The notes under the pieces were generated by a model. It did no database searches. It was given only the letters and a program-made list of their open reading frames with translations, and was not told the origin of the DNA. From Spirochaetia bacterium (GTDB lineage: Bacteria; Spirochaetota; Spirochaetia; SZUA-6; Bin103): a DNA stretch of 64,000 nucleotides. Shown piece after piece: positions 10,227-20,558 of the stretch. A program made the position numbers and the translations under genes. Location: positions 2,016,001-2,080,000 of the forward strand of contig CBDAOI010000004.1 in assembly GCA_965198005.1 (NCBI GenBank), in the 5' to 3' direction. Positions within the stretch are counted from its first letter, which is position 1, and every line of letters starts with the position of its first letter.

Positions 10227-10543
10227 GAGCCCCCCACAGACCCGGACGTGCGGAACTACCGCATCCGGTTCCTCAAGTCACAGCGTCGCTGCCGAGAAGG
10301 AATGTACGATCCTGGCCGGCGGAAGGCGGTAGTATCGCAATATCCGAACGTAACGCTCCCACGGCATCGAGTTGTCGCGGCTGCGTCGGTTGAGCCAGCG
10401 CCGCCACGTGCGGCGCACTTGGCGCCGAAAGTTCTCGATGGACCGGTAGTTACCGGTGACGCCGTAGTAGGCGTAATGGCCAAGGAGCTTCCGCGAACGC
10501 CACATCTCTCCGATGGCCCGCACTGTCCGGTCACGGAGCCCAC
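10227..10543 (-). mobile_element. Internally deleted group II intron (5' end, maturase C-terminus, domain V)
   Basis: KLLGHYAYYGVTGN...WRRWLNRRS...LPPARIVH, then GAGGAACCGGATGCGGTAGTTCCGCACGTCCGGGTCTGTGGGGGG. Confidence 0.85.
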
Positions 10544-10697
10544 CGTTCCTCGTACCAGAGTGCAGCTTGCTCGAGCTCGGCCACCATCCAGCCCACTGCC
10601 GTTTCAGCTCGCTCGCCGCCATAGTGCCCATATTGGATAGGGGAGTTCTTCTGGCTATTAGTGCGGACAGGATCGAGATCAGCGCAGAGGTTACCGC

Positions 10698-11690
10698 TCA
10701 GGGCAGGGCCGGATGCGTGACCAGCAGCGTCTCTCCGACCGCTACCTGCGCCAGCCGCGTTCGCCGGCCGTCGGGCCATTCGACCTCGACGTCGCACTCG
10801 GTTTGGCCGCCCAGACCGAACACCTGCACCAGCGGGTTCTGCGACAGGTAGTTGCTGCCCAGCGTGAGCTCACGCATACGCACCCGTGTGTCGCCGGCGC
10901 CAGTCGTCGTCACGGTGATACGCGCTCCCACCGCTTCGGTGTTGGGCGGCAGGCCACGCAGCTGAACCCGCAGGAAGTTCGCGCCACGCGACTCGTTTTC
11001 CCAGAGTGTCGCGCCTTCGTGCAGGAGGAGGATGTCGACGTCGCCGTCGTTGTCGAAGTCGGCGCACACCGCGACCCGACCGAGCTCGGTGTCGTCCAGA
11101 CCCAGGGGCCCGGCGCGATCGGTGAAGGTCCCATCACCGGCGTTGACGAAGGCGCGTGAGCGGTCGGCGGTGTAGTCGGCCTCGTACGAGCTTCCCAGGC
11201 CGACCCATCCATTGGTGTGATAGATGTCGAGGTCACCGTCGTTTTCGAAGTCGATGGCGCACGCCGCCCAGCCCCAACCGCCGTCGACCACGCCGGCCTG
11301 GTCGGTGGCGTCGACGAAGGTGCCGCCGTCGTTGCGGTAGAGCCGGTTGCCACGAAACGGATCCGGCGTCTCACCCTCGCCGTAGAAGACGCTGCTGACG
11401 AACCAGTCGAGGTCGCCATCGGCGTCGAAGTCGGCCACGAGCCCATGCCGTGATCGTCGATCATCACGCCGGTATCGGTGACGTTGCGGAACGTGCCGTC
11501 GCGGTTGTTGAGGAACACCTGCGACCGGTTGAAGTCGGCCACGAACAGCAGGTCCGGATAGCGGTCGTCGTCGATGCGGGCGAACGTCGGGGTGAACGTC
11601 CAGTCGCGCTGGCGGGACTGGTGGCCTTCGGCGAAGGGCTCCTGCGGATCGGGTAACGTCAGGATGGACGGCGAGATGCCGGCTGCGACG
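10698..11690 (-). pseudogene. CRTAC1-like FG-GAP/ASPIC-UnbV protein, 3' half, frameshifted
   Basis: DFDADGDLDW repeats and ASPIC-UnbV tail; 4-nt deletion near 11440; 5' end cut by IS. Confidence 0.85.
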
Positions 11691-11696
11691 CTTACC

Positions 11697-12597
11697 TTAG
11701 GGCCGGCGCAAGAATAAGTACCTAGTTTTGCCTGTTGTTTCAGGACCGGGGACGGATGGTGTAGTTGCGCAGTGGTTGGACTTGGTGAGGTTCGAGGGCG
11801 ATGGAGGCGAATTCAGTATTGGATACCTTGAGGCCCCTCGGGTACTGCTGATCAACCAAGTGGGCGGCCACGCGGAGTCCGGTCTGTGTGGTGGAGGTGC
11901 GGATGTGGTTGAGGACGGTGTCGTAGTCGCGCAGCGGGACGCCGGCCCAGTTTTTGCTGATCTCGCTGAACAGGCGATGGTCGATGGGGTTCCACTTGGA
12001 GGCGCCCGCGGGATAGTGACAGACGGTGACGGAGAGCTGGTGGGGGTCAACGAGGCGGGTCTGGAGGGCATACTTGAACCTGCGGATGCGTGGCGAGTTG
12101 CTGCCGCCTGAGTCGGCGAGCACCAGCAATTCGTGAGCGCCGGGGTAGCGCTCGCTGCCATCGGACAGCCACCATCTGAGCACGTTGTCGACGGCGAAGT
12201 CAGCGGTATCATGGGAGGTTCCAACAAACACAGCGCCGAAATTGGCGCGGGTGTCGTAGACGCCGTAAGGGATGGCGATGCCGTCGGCCTGGGAGCGGAA
12301 GTCGTGGTCAAGAACGAGCCGAGGAGCCCGGCCCCAGGAGCTGCCGGAGTTCTTGAAATTGCCGACCAGCTCGCGCTTCTTGGAATCGATACTGACGATG
12401 GGTAGGTCCCGTTCGGCGAACTTCATGCGCTGCTGGGCGATGTAGGTGAACTGCTGGTCGCGGTCTGGGCCGGAGCCGGCAGCGACGCGCTTGTGGTTGA
12501 CGCGGAGGCGATAGTCGAGATCCTTGAGGATCCGGGCCACCGTCCTGGGACAGACCTGGATGTCGAGGGTAGCGAGCTGTTGTGAGATCTTTGCCTA
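11697..12597 (-). mobile_element. ISAzo13-family transposase, N-terminally truncated
   Basis: DRDQQF, SIDSKKRELVGNFKN, PYGVYD, ADSGGSN, HYPAGASKWNPIDHRLFS. Confidence 0.9.
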
Positions 12598-13270
12598 AGA
12601 AAAACTGCCAAGATCCACGTAGCTCGTGCACCGGGCTGAGGAGCGGGCCGAGCACGCCGCAGGGGCAAGCGGAAATAGCCTCGAAACTTCCATCTTCGGC
12701 GGCGAGCCGATTTACGGCGTGCTCACACTCGACCTTCGCCATGGCGTAGCCGACCTCGCCTTTCTCGACGAGGTTATCCGTATTCCATTGGTCATCGTCA
12801 TCGCGGTTGTCGGATGCCCAATCGGCTTCAGTGAAGCGATGGCCCGGCGGTGACGGATGGCCAATCGCTGCGAACGAGCTCGTGTATACGAGACGTCGGA
12901 CCGTGCCCGCTTTGCGCACGGAGTCAACAACGTTCTGGGTTCCGCTGATCGCGCCGTCGTACACCTGTTGGGGGTTGTTCGCGCCCCCGTAACCCATCGG
13001 TGTGCCAACGTGCAACACGGCCGAACAGCCAGCGAAACACTCGTCGTAGCTACCCGCTGCGAGGAGGTTCGCCTCATGCAGCGTGACGGTGCCCGGATGT
13101 TGATCGTTCAACGCGAGCAGGAACTCCGTTTTCTGCGGATCCGTGGCGTCACGTACGCAGGCGCGCACGTCATAGCCGCGGTCGAGCAGTGCAATGACGG
13201 TGTGCGCACCGATGTAACCGGATGCGCCTGTGACGGCAACGGGGCCATCAGACGACGTGACTGCAGGCAT
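12597..13270 (-). pseudogene. Dihydroflavonol-reductase-like epimerase, truncated
   Basis: VTGASGYIG, YTSSFAAI, YAMAK; C-terminus replaced by IS sequence. Confidence 0.8.
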
Positions 13271-13327
13271 CGATTTTCCTTTCTCTCATGATTCTGTCTA
13301 CACTGTTGCCGCTTCGGATGAAGAGCG

Positions 13328-13460
13328 TCAAGCGGGCTCGATCACGTCCGGATCGATCTCGACGCCCAGGCCAGGACCGCTTGGCACCCGCATTAATCCA
13401 TCTTCGACCATGGGAGCGTCCTTGAACATCGAGTGATAGGAAGAGTAATCGAGAACCGAA
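13328..13460 (-). pseudogene. Mandelate racemase/enolase superfamily C-terminal fragment
   Basis: VEDGLMRVPSGPGLGVEIDPD. Confidence 0.6.
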
Positions 13461-13740
13461 CGAGCGTAAAGCACCCGCGAGGTGCAGCGGGGGTCGTGAC
13501 TGATCAGCACGAGGGCGAGCGGGTGGCTGTGGCAGCGGTAACGAGGGCTGTCGCAGGCGGGTGTGGCAAGAATGCCGCGGATAAGGGGGCTGACTCGGGT
13601 TGGATGAGACTCGATGAAGACGCCGCCGCGACCGGCGGGCAGCGGGCGCGGGCGTGCGCTCCTTGCCCTGCGTGGAACCGCCATGCGATCCAAGCGGTTC
13701 GACGCTGCGCCGAGTACCCGTTCAGTTCAGGGTGGTCGGA

Positions 13741-14004
13741 TCAGGGCAGGGCCGGATGCGTGACCAGCAGCGTCTCTCCGGCCGCTACCTGCGCCAGCCG
13801 CGTTCGCCGGCCGTCGGGCCATTCGACCTCGACGTCGCACTCGGTTTGGCCGCCCAGACCGAACACCTGCACCAGCGGGTTCTGCGACAGGTAGTTGCTG
13901 CCCAGCGTGAGCTCACGCATACGCACCCGTGTGTCGCCGGCGCCAGTCGTCGTCACGGTGATGCGCGCTCCCACCGCTTCGGTGTTGGGCGGCAGGCCAC
14001 GCAG
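13741..14004 (-). pseudogene. ASPIC/UnbV domain fragment, direct repeat of 10698-10961
   Basis: ~264 bp near-identical to 10698-10961. Confidence 0.85.
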
Positions 14005-14147
14005 AGCGCCCTAGCGCTGCTAGCGCCTGCTGGAATTTTCGCTCGAATTGGGTCGGATAGGTAGGATGAGGAGGCTGAGGCCGACCAAAAGTGGCCTCGT
14101 AGCGCGCTGAGCCGGGCTTGAGTATCGAGGGCGCGGGGCTGTAAGAG

Positions 14148-15356
14148 CTACGCGAGAGCCTGGAACGCCTTCGCGGTTGCCGTCAGCGCCTGCTCGATGT
14201 CGGCTTCGGTGTGCGCGATCGACAGGAACATGTTGTGCCACGGGTGCAGGTAGACGCCGTTCTGCAGGGCGTGGGTGCAGAACGCCATGCCCTTCTCCAT
14301 CTTCGGGTCGTCCTCGAACATGACGGTGGGGATCTGCGGGGGGCCGCTCTGGCGGATCGCGTGGCCGTAACGGGTGGATTGCTCCGCGAGGCCGTCACGG
14401 AACAGTTGACCCATGCGCGCGGTCAGGGCCGGAGCGTCGACCTCGGCGAGAAGATCGAGCGTCTCGATGGCCGCCGCCAGCGGCGCCGCTTGGTACCAGA
14501 GCGATCCGGTCACGAAGATTACCGCGGCCGCTTCGCGGTAGGGCTCGCTCCCGAGGATGGCCGACAGAGGCTCGCCGTTGGCGATCGCCTTTCCCCAGGC
14601 CGATAGGTCAGGCTGGATTCCCAGCAACGACCAGCTCGCATCCAGGGACAGACGCAGTCCGGCGCGGACATCATCCAGGATGAGCGCCGCGCCCTCGGCG
14701 TCGCAGATCGCGCGCGCCTTCCGGGCGAATGCCGGGTCGGGGAGCTCCTGATGGTAGCCGGCGTCGTGCTTGAACGCCGAGACGACGATGCCCGCGAGGT
14801 CTCCCGAGACCGCCTCGGCAGCTGCGGCGAGGCTGTCGATGTCGTTGTAGGTGTAGGTCGGAAAACGCGCGTGCTCTTCCTCCGGCGTGCCGCGCGACAT
14901 CCGATTCGCCCACGGCTGTGAGCCGTGGTACGCGCCGCTCGCGACCAGGATGTTCCGCTTCTCGCTCCTGGCGCGGGCCACCATGTTGCAAACGGTAGTG
15001 GCGTCGTTTCCGTTCTTCGCGAAGATTGCCCAATCGGCGTGGCTCACCTGGCGCACGAAGCGCTCAGCCAGGTCGACCATGGCCGGCGGCGGGCCGTTGG
15101 CGATGTCCAGCAGATCCCGCTGCGCGTCGGCAGCAGCGGCGATCCGCCGGTTGCCGTACCCTGCGATCATCGGACCATAGGCGCACATGAAGTCTACGTA
15201 CTCGTTGCCGTCCACGTCCCAGAGGCGGCAGCCGTCGGCCCGTTGAAAGTACTGGGGATAGCCCGCCGGCATCTTCCGATAGACTGACATGTGGCCGTAC
15301 ATGCCGCCGGGGATCACGCGCTCGGCGCGTTTTCGGAGTGCTGCGTCGTTGTTCAT
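14148..15356 (-). CDS. Class III PLP aminotransferase (GSA-aminomutase-like)
   Basis: LWDVDGNEYVDF, LILDDVRAG, WGKAIANG. Confidence 0.9.
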   Translation of the reverse strand: MNNDAALRKRAERVIPGGMYGHMSVYRKMPAGYPQYFQRADGCRLWDVDGNEYVDFMCAYGPMIAGYGNRRIAAAADAQRDLLDIANGPPPAMVDLAERFVRQVSHADWAIFAKNGNDATTVCNMVARARSEKRNILVASGAYHGSQPWANRMSRGTPEEEHARFPTYTYNDIDSLAAAAEAVSGDLAGIVVSAFKHDAGYHQELPDPAFARKARAICDAEGAALILDDVRAGLRLSLDASWSLLGIQPDLSAWGKAIANGEPLSAILGSEPYREAAAVIFVTGSLWYQAAPLAAAIETLDLLAEVDAPALTARMGQLFRDGLAEQSTRYGHAIRQSGPPQIPTVMFEDDPKMEKGMAFCTHALQNGVYLHPWHNMFLSIAHTEADIEQALTATAKAFQALA

Positions 15357-15420
15357 GTTCCAGACCCCGCTTTGCTAACTTGCATGCTTACCATACACTG
15401 GCCTGGCGGAGGATTGCCAA

Positions 15421-16932
15421 CTGTCAGAACGAACGATCGCCGGCTACTGCTGGCCGCAGAGCGTGGAAGCCGGGGAGAGGGTCTCCGTGTTTTGCCACAC
15501 GGAAACGGAGCGCTTCGAAGTCTCTGTGGTTCGGCAAGGACTGGAGGTCACCGAGGTGTACCGAAAGGCCGGCCTTGCGGGCAAAGAGCAAGTGCTCGGC
15601 ACCGAACTATCTGTGACAGGCTGCGACTGGAAGCCGGCACTCGAGATCGGGGTGGATCCCAGCTGGCCGTCCGGGTTCTACCTGGTCCGGCTGCGCGCGG
15701 CGGAGGGAGAGACCGCGGAGGCTTTCTTCGTCGTCCGCTCGCAGCAGCGCCACGATGCGATGCTGGTTCTGTCGACCTCGACCTGGGCCGCCTACAACAA
15801 CTGGGGCGGCCCAAGCTTCTATACTATGAGCTATGAAGGTGGGGTAATGCCCTCTGACGTGATGCCCGGGGGCCACGTTTCCGCGACGCAGCGACCGCTG
15901 CCGAAGGGCTTTCTCGCCAGGCCCGAGCCCCAGAGGTACCGCGCAGCTGGTGTGCAAGATCTTGCGGCCGGCGAGCTCGAGGCGTTCGAGCAAGCCGGTC
16001 ATTCGCTGTGGTCCTTCGCTGCCGGCTGGGCGGGGTGGGAGCATCTCTTCGTTCGCTGGGCGGAGCGGGAGGGTCTCACGCTGGATTACGCCGTCAGCCA
16101 CGATCTGGACCGCGATCAGGACTTGCTCAGCGGCTACTCCCTCTACCTGTCGGTCGGGCACGACGAGTACTGGTCTGGGGGGATGCGCGACACGGTGGAG
16201 GGTTACGTCGACTCGGGCGGGAACGCTGCCTTCTTCTCCGGCAACACATCCTTCTGGCAGGTTCGATTCGAGCGAGGATACGAGCAGGTCGTGGGGTACA
16301 AGCTGGCGTTCGAGGACGATCCGGTGTACGGAACCGAACGGGGCCAGAGCCTCTCCACCATGTGGTCGGACCCGCTGGTCGCGCGACCGGAGAACCACAT
16401 GACCGGCGTCTCGTTTACCCGAGGCGGCTATGCCCACATGCGTAATGCGCCGCATGGCTCAGGCGGCTACACCGTGTGGAGGCCCGCCGACTGGACCTTC
16501 GAGGGACTCGGTTTGTTTTGCGGCGATCTCCTCGGCTCCGATCCGGTGGTCGTAGGCTACGAGTGCGACGGTTGCGATCTCACCCTGCGAGACGGCCTGC
16601 CGGTGGCAACGGGTCGCGACGGAACCCCCGAGGACTTCGTCGTCCTTGCCACAGCTCCAGCCCACCTATGGGAAACGCACGAGGGGGCGGCGGCGGGCCT
16701 GCCGGACGGCTACGTCGGCGAGCTGAACTGGGTGGCGAAACGGTTGGGCGGCGCGGACACGCCCGAAAACCGCGAGAAGTATGCAAGCGGGCGCGCTGTG
16801 ATGGGGCGCTTCCGGCGGGGCCGTGGTGAGGTCTTCACGACGGGCTGCACCGACTGGGTGCACGGGCTCGGCGATCCGGTGGTCGCTCAGGTGACCCGGA
16901 ACGTGCTCGATCGCTTCCTAAAAACGAGATAG
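15421..16932 (+). CDS. N,N-dimethylformamidase beta-subunit family protein
   Basis: TWAAYNNWGG, SVGHDEYWS, FFSGNTSFWQVR, GYECDG; start uncertain (frame open from ~15421 after GGAGGA). Confidence 0.85.
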   Translation: MSERTIAGYCWPQSVEAGERVSVFCHTETERFEVSVVRQGLEVTEVYRKAGLAGKEQVLGTELSVTGCDWKPALEIGVDPSWPSGFYLVRLRAAEGETAEAFFVVRSQQRHDAMLVLSTSTWAAYNNWGGPSFYTMSYEGGVMPSDVMPGGHVSATQRPLPKGFLARPEPQRYRAAGVQDLAAGELEAFEQAGHSLWSFAAGWAGWEHLFVRWAEREGLTLDYAVSHDLDRDQDLLSGYSLYLSVGHDEYWSGGMRDTVEGYVDSGGNAAFFSGNTSFWQVRFERGYEQVVGYKLAFEDDPVYGTERGQSLSTMWSDPLVARPENHMTGVSFTRGGYAHMRNAPHGSGGYTVWRPADWTFEGLGLFCGDLLGSDPVVVGYECDGCDLTLRDGLPVATGRDGTPEDFVVLATAPAHLWETHEGAAAGLPDGYVGELNWVAKRLGGADTPENREKYASGRAVMGRFRRGRGEVFTTGCTDWVHGLGDPVVAQVTRNVLDRFLKTR

Positions 16933-17035
16933 CTCGGCGTCAAAAGAGCGTAGCGATAGTCAACTAGGACCTGATCACCGCCCTCGGGCGCCCCGCAGCT
17001 ACCAAGAAAGCCGCCACGCCTCCTCGGCTATACGA

Positions 17036-17403
17036 CTACCCGCGGGCACAGGTACGCCAACGAACAGCGGTCCCGCCGAGGAATGTCTCTATCTCGTCCT
17101 CCAGCTCGACGTCAGCTGCCAGAAGCTCGACGAGCTGAAAGGCGGTTGCCCGATCCTTGCCCTCCAGTTCACGAAGCAGCGTGTCATAGGCCCTGATCGC
17201 CTGCTGCCCATTGTTCAGCACGTAGCCGAGAATGAGGCCGACCTCGTTGAGCTCGGGAATGCGATAGCCGTCGATCCGCGCCAGGTCGGGCAGCTCGGCG
17301 GGGCTTGCGGAATCGCCCCGCCGAGCCGTGCGATGCGATCGGCGATCTGTTCCGCTCGCGAGCGACTGGCATCAGCGACCTCCTGTATCTTGGCTCTCAG
17401 CAA
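17036..17403 (-). pseudogene. Ferritin/Dps-like fragment
   Basis: AEQIADRIARLGG and AIRAYDTLLRELEGKDRATAFQLVELLA in different frames. Confidence 0.6.
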
Positions 17404-17520
17404 GAACTCAGACTGCCCCGCGATTCGGTTCAGTACCGCGCCGCACCATTAGCTCGTGAGTCCTCATAGGCAAACAGCCCTTAGTGGTCGAAGATCGGAC
17501 GCCGCGGCGCGCTCTCCTCG

Positions 17521-17710
17521 AGCAGCCCCGCTGGCCCCGCCTGCAACGGGCAGGTGCAGGTTGTCCACGACATGCTGGGGCTCTTCACCGACTTCACTCC
17601 CAAGCACGCCAAGCGGTACGCTGAGCTAGGTGGGGCGACGAAAGCAGGCCGTGGCCGACTACCTTCGAGAGGTGTCCGAGGGCAGTTTTCCTACCGAAAA
17701 GGAAAGCTAC
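17521..17710 (+). pseudogene. panB: Ketopantoate hydroxymethyltransferase C-terminal fragment
   Basis: [30 protein letters not shown], then frameshift to EVSEGSFP. Confidence 0.8.
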
Positions 17711-17889
17711 ACGGGACTGCTCAGCCGGCGGCGGTCACGGAGATCCGTGTCTATCCGTGTGGATCCGTAGTCGGCTGTCTTTCCGGGTCCTCGACACGGA
17801 GCCGTCTGGTCCCGGCCAACCGCCGCCCGGGCCCCCTCTGGAGCGGGCGCACGTCTGTTGGAGCCCCAAAAAGAGCAAGAGCGGCGGAC

Positions 17890-19581
17890 CTACCTGAGCG
17901 CCGGGTGGCTGACCTGCAGGGTCTGCCCGGCGGCCACGTCTGACAGCTGGGTGCGCCTGCCGTCGGGCCACTCGATCTCGACGTCGCATGCGGTCGCGGC
18001 GCCGAGGCCGAACACCTGCTCGAGGGGATTCTGCGACAGGTAGTTGCTGCCGAGCGTTAGCTCGCGCATGGCGCTGCGCGTCTGGCCGGCGTGGGTGGTG
18101 CGCACGGTGATGCGGGCGCCGACCGCCTGGGTGTTGGGCGGCAGGCCACGCAGCTGAACCCGCAGGAAGTTCGCGCCACGCGACTCGTTTTCCCAGAGTG
18201 TCGCGCCTTCGTGCAGGAGGAGGATGTCGACGTCGCCGTCGTTGTCGAAGTCGGCGCACACCGCGGCACGGCCGAGCTCGGCGTCGTCCAGACCGAGGGG
18301 CCCGGCCCGATCAGTGAAGGTGCCATCACCGGCGTTGACGAAGGCGCGCGAGCGGTCGGCGGTGTAGTCGGCCTCGACGGTGCTTCCCAGCCCGACCCAG
18401 CCGTTGGTGTGATAGATGTCGAGGTCGCCGTCGTTTTCGAAGTCGATGGCGCACGCCGCCCAGCCCCAGCCGCCGTCGACCACGCCGGCCTGATCGGTGG
18501 CGTCGACGAAGGTGCCGCCGTCGTTGCGGTAGAGCCGGTTGCCGCGAAACGGATCCGGCGTGTGGCCCTCACCGCCGTAGTAGACGCTGCTGACGAACCA
18601 GTCGAGGTCGCCGTCGTTGTCGAAGTCGGCCACGGCCGAGCCCATCCCGTGGTCGTCGATCATGACGCCGGTATCGGTGATGTTGCGAAAGGTGCCGTCG
18701 CCGTTGTTGAGGAACGCCTGGGAGCGATTGAAGTCGGCGACGAACAGCAGGTCGGGGTAGCGGTCGTCGTCGATGCGGGCAAAGGTGGGGGTGAAGGTCC
18801 AGTCGCGCTCGCGGGACGGGTGGCCCTCGGCGAACGGCTCCTCCGGATCGGGCAGCGTCAGGATGGAGGGCGAGATGCCGGCGGCGACGCTGACGCTGGT
18901 GAAGCGGATGCGCTCGCCGCTGCTGTCGTTACGCCACAGATGCTCGGTCTCGGGGGCCTCATCGGCGCTGCGTTGCAGCGGCGGCCCGTAGGCGACGCCG
19001 GCGCCGCGCCACGAGCCCCAGTGGGCGAGCGCCAGGTCGAGGTCGCCATCCAGGTCGTAGTCGCCGAACGCCGCCGAGAAGGTCTGCTCGGCATTCATGG
19101 TGTCGATGCCGGAACCGGCGGTGACGTCGTGGAAGGTGCCGTCGCCGTTGTTGCGGAACAGCAGCGACGGGTCGTCATGCAGCCCGCCAAGGAACAGATC
19201 CAGGTCGCCGTCGCCATCGATGTCGGCGAAGGTGGCGCCGGCGTGGCGGTAGTTGAGGCCCGCGGAGCGGGTGTAGGCCAGGCCGGCCGCCGCTGCCACC
19301 TCCGTGAAGCGGAGGCCGCCGTCGTTGCGGTACAACAGATTGGGGCCGATGTCGCCGCGGACGATGAACAGGTCGATGTCGCCGTCGTTGTCGTAGTCGC
19401 CGGCGGCGACGCTGCTTCGCGCCATCAGCCCGACGAAGGCAAACCCGTCGACGTCGAGGAACCCACTCTCGAACTCGATGCCGGAGCGGTCGGTGACCTC
19501 GCGGAACAGGGCATCGGCGCCGGCGGGGAGGCAGCCCAGTGCCAGGGCGAGCGCCGCGCCGGCTCGGAGCGCGCCGCTCAC
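17890..19581 (-). CDS. Secreted CRTAC1-family FG-GAP + ASPIC/UnbV protein (copy A)
   Basis: Signal peptide, many DxDxDGDLD repeats, UnbV tail; GTG overlaps the permease stop. Confidence 0.88.
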   Translation of the reverse strand: MSGALRAGAALALALGCLPAGADALFREVTDRSGIEFESGFLDVDGFAFVGLMARSSVAAGDYDNDGDIDLFIVRGDIGPNLLYRNDGGLRFTEVAAAAGLAYTRSAGLNYRHAGATFADIDGDGDLDLFLGGLHDDPSLLFRNNGDGTFHDVTAGSGIDTMNAEQTFSAAFGDYDLDGDLDLALAHWGSWRGAGVAYGPPLQRSADEAPETEHLWRNDSSGERIRFTSVSVAAGISPSILTLPDPEEPFAEGHPSRERDWTFTPTFARIDDDRYPDLLFVADFNRSQAFLNNGDGTFRNITDTGVMIDDHGMGSAVADFDNDGDLDWFVSSVYYGGEGHTPDPFRGNRLYRNDGGTFVDATDQAGVVDGGWGWAACAIDFENDGDLDIYHTNGWVGLGSTVEADYTADRSRAFVNAGDGTFTDRAGPLGLDDAELGRAAVCADFDNDGDVDILLLHEGATLWENESRGANFLRVQLRGLPPNTQAVGARITVRTTHAGQTRSAMRELTLGSNYLSQNPLEQVFGLGAATACDVEIEWPDGRRTQLSDVAAGQTLQVSHPALR

Positions 19582-20546
19582 TCCCCGGCGGCCGGGGTTT
19601 CCAGCAGCCGCCGCGCGCCCCGGCTGCGGTCGTAGCGGCCGGTACCGCCGCGCAGCCGCGGGTCGAGCAGGTCGCGCACCGCGTCGCCGAAGTTGTTCAG
19701 GCAGTACACAGTGATGGTCAGAGCCAGCCCCGGCCACAGAGCAAGATGAGGCGCCTGCTCCATGTACCGCCGCCCCTCCCTGCTCAGCAGGCCGCCCCAG
19801 CTCGGCACCTCGATCGGCAGCCCGAAGCCGAGGAAGCTCAACGACGCCTCGCTGATGATGACGCCACCGATGTTGATGCTGAAGATGACCACCAGCACCG
19901 GCGCAATGTTGGGAATCACGTGGCGGAGAATTGTCCGACCCGTGGGACTGCCGACGGTCCGCGCAGCCTGGAAGTACATGTTCTCGCGCACGCCGATGAC
20001 CGCGCCGCGCACCACCCGCGAACCGACGATGCCGCCCGAGACGCCGAGGGTAACGATGATCTGCGGTATCCCGCGGCCGACGATCGACATGATCGTCAAC
20101 AGCAGCAGCAAGCCGGGGAACGCCATCCAGGCATCGACGAATCGCTGGGTAACCAGATCGAGCCGGCCGCCGACAAAACCCGACACCCCGCCCACCAGGA
20201 GGGCTACCACGACGTTGAGCGCCGTGGCCGACAGACCGACGAATAGCGACAGCCGCGCACCGTAGATGATGCGCGTCAGCAGGTCGCGGCCCAGGTGATC
20301 GGTGCCCAGCCAATGCGCCGCCGAGGCCCCCTGCAGCCGGTTCTTGGCGTTGACCTCGAAGATGTCGTAGGGCGCCAGCGTGCCGGCAAAGATGCTGACG
20401 ATGATCAGCAGCGCCACCACCACGGCGCTGGCCGTGCCTAGGGGCTTCTCTCTGATCAGCCGCGTAAAGAAACGAGTTGATGATCGCTTGGCCTGCGTAA
20501 CCGAGCCGGCCGAAGGGGCCGCGGTGGCGGTGGCAACATCACCCAT
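19578..20546 (-). CDS. dppC: Peptide/nickel ABC permease C (copy A)
   Basis: HWLGTDHLGRD, EAA-loop region, HVIPN, EASLSFLGFG, PSWG. Confidence 0.93.
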   Translation of the reverse strand: MGDVATATAAPSAGSVTQAKRSSTRFFTRLIREKPLGTASAVVVALLIIVSIFAGTLAPYDIFEVNAKNRLQGASAAHWLGTDHLGRDLLTRIIYGARLSLFVGLSATALNVVVALLVGGVSGFVGGRLDLVTQRFVDAWMAFPGLLLLLTIMSIVGRGIPQIIVTLGVSGGIVGSRVVRGAVIGVRENMYFQAARTVGSPTGRTILRHVIPNIAPVLVVIFSINIGGVIISEASLSFLGFGLPIEVPSWGGLLSREGRRYMEQAPHLALWPGLALTITVYCLNNFGDAVRDLLDPRLRGGTGRYDRSRGARRLLETPAAGE

Positions 20547-20558
20547 GCTGGGCCCCCA

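Noticed and set aside
10698-14004. UnbV direct repeats as DGR TR/VR
   Set aside because: The copies differ at only about two positions, and no DGR-type RT or avd gene is nearby.
18091-19635. Long antisense ORFs (also 27082-28653, 41420-42763, 58973-60736)
   Set aside because: Shadow frames of high-GC genes with no recognisable motifs.
17890-20313. 807-aa ORF (and 645-aa ORF at 26881-28818) as full-length genes
   Set aside because: N-terminal extensions overlap dppC out of frame; signal-peptide starts are at 19581 and 28599.
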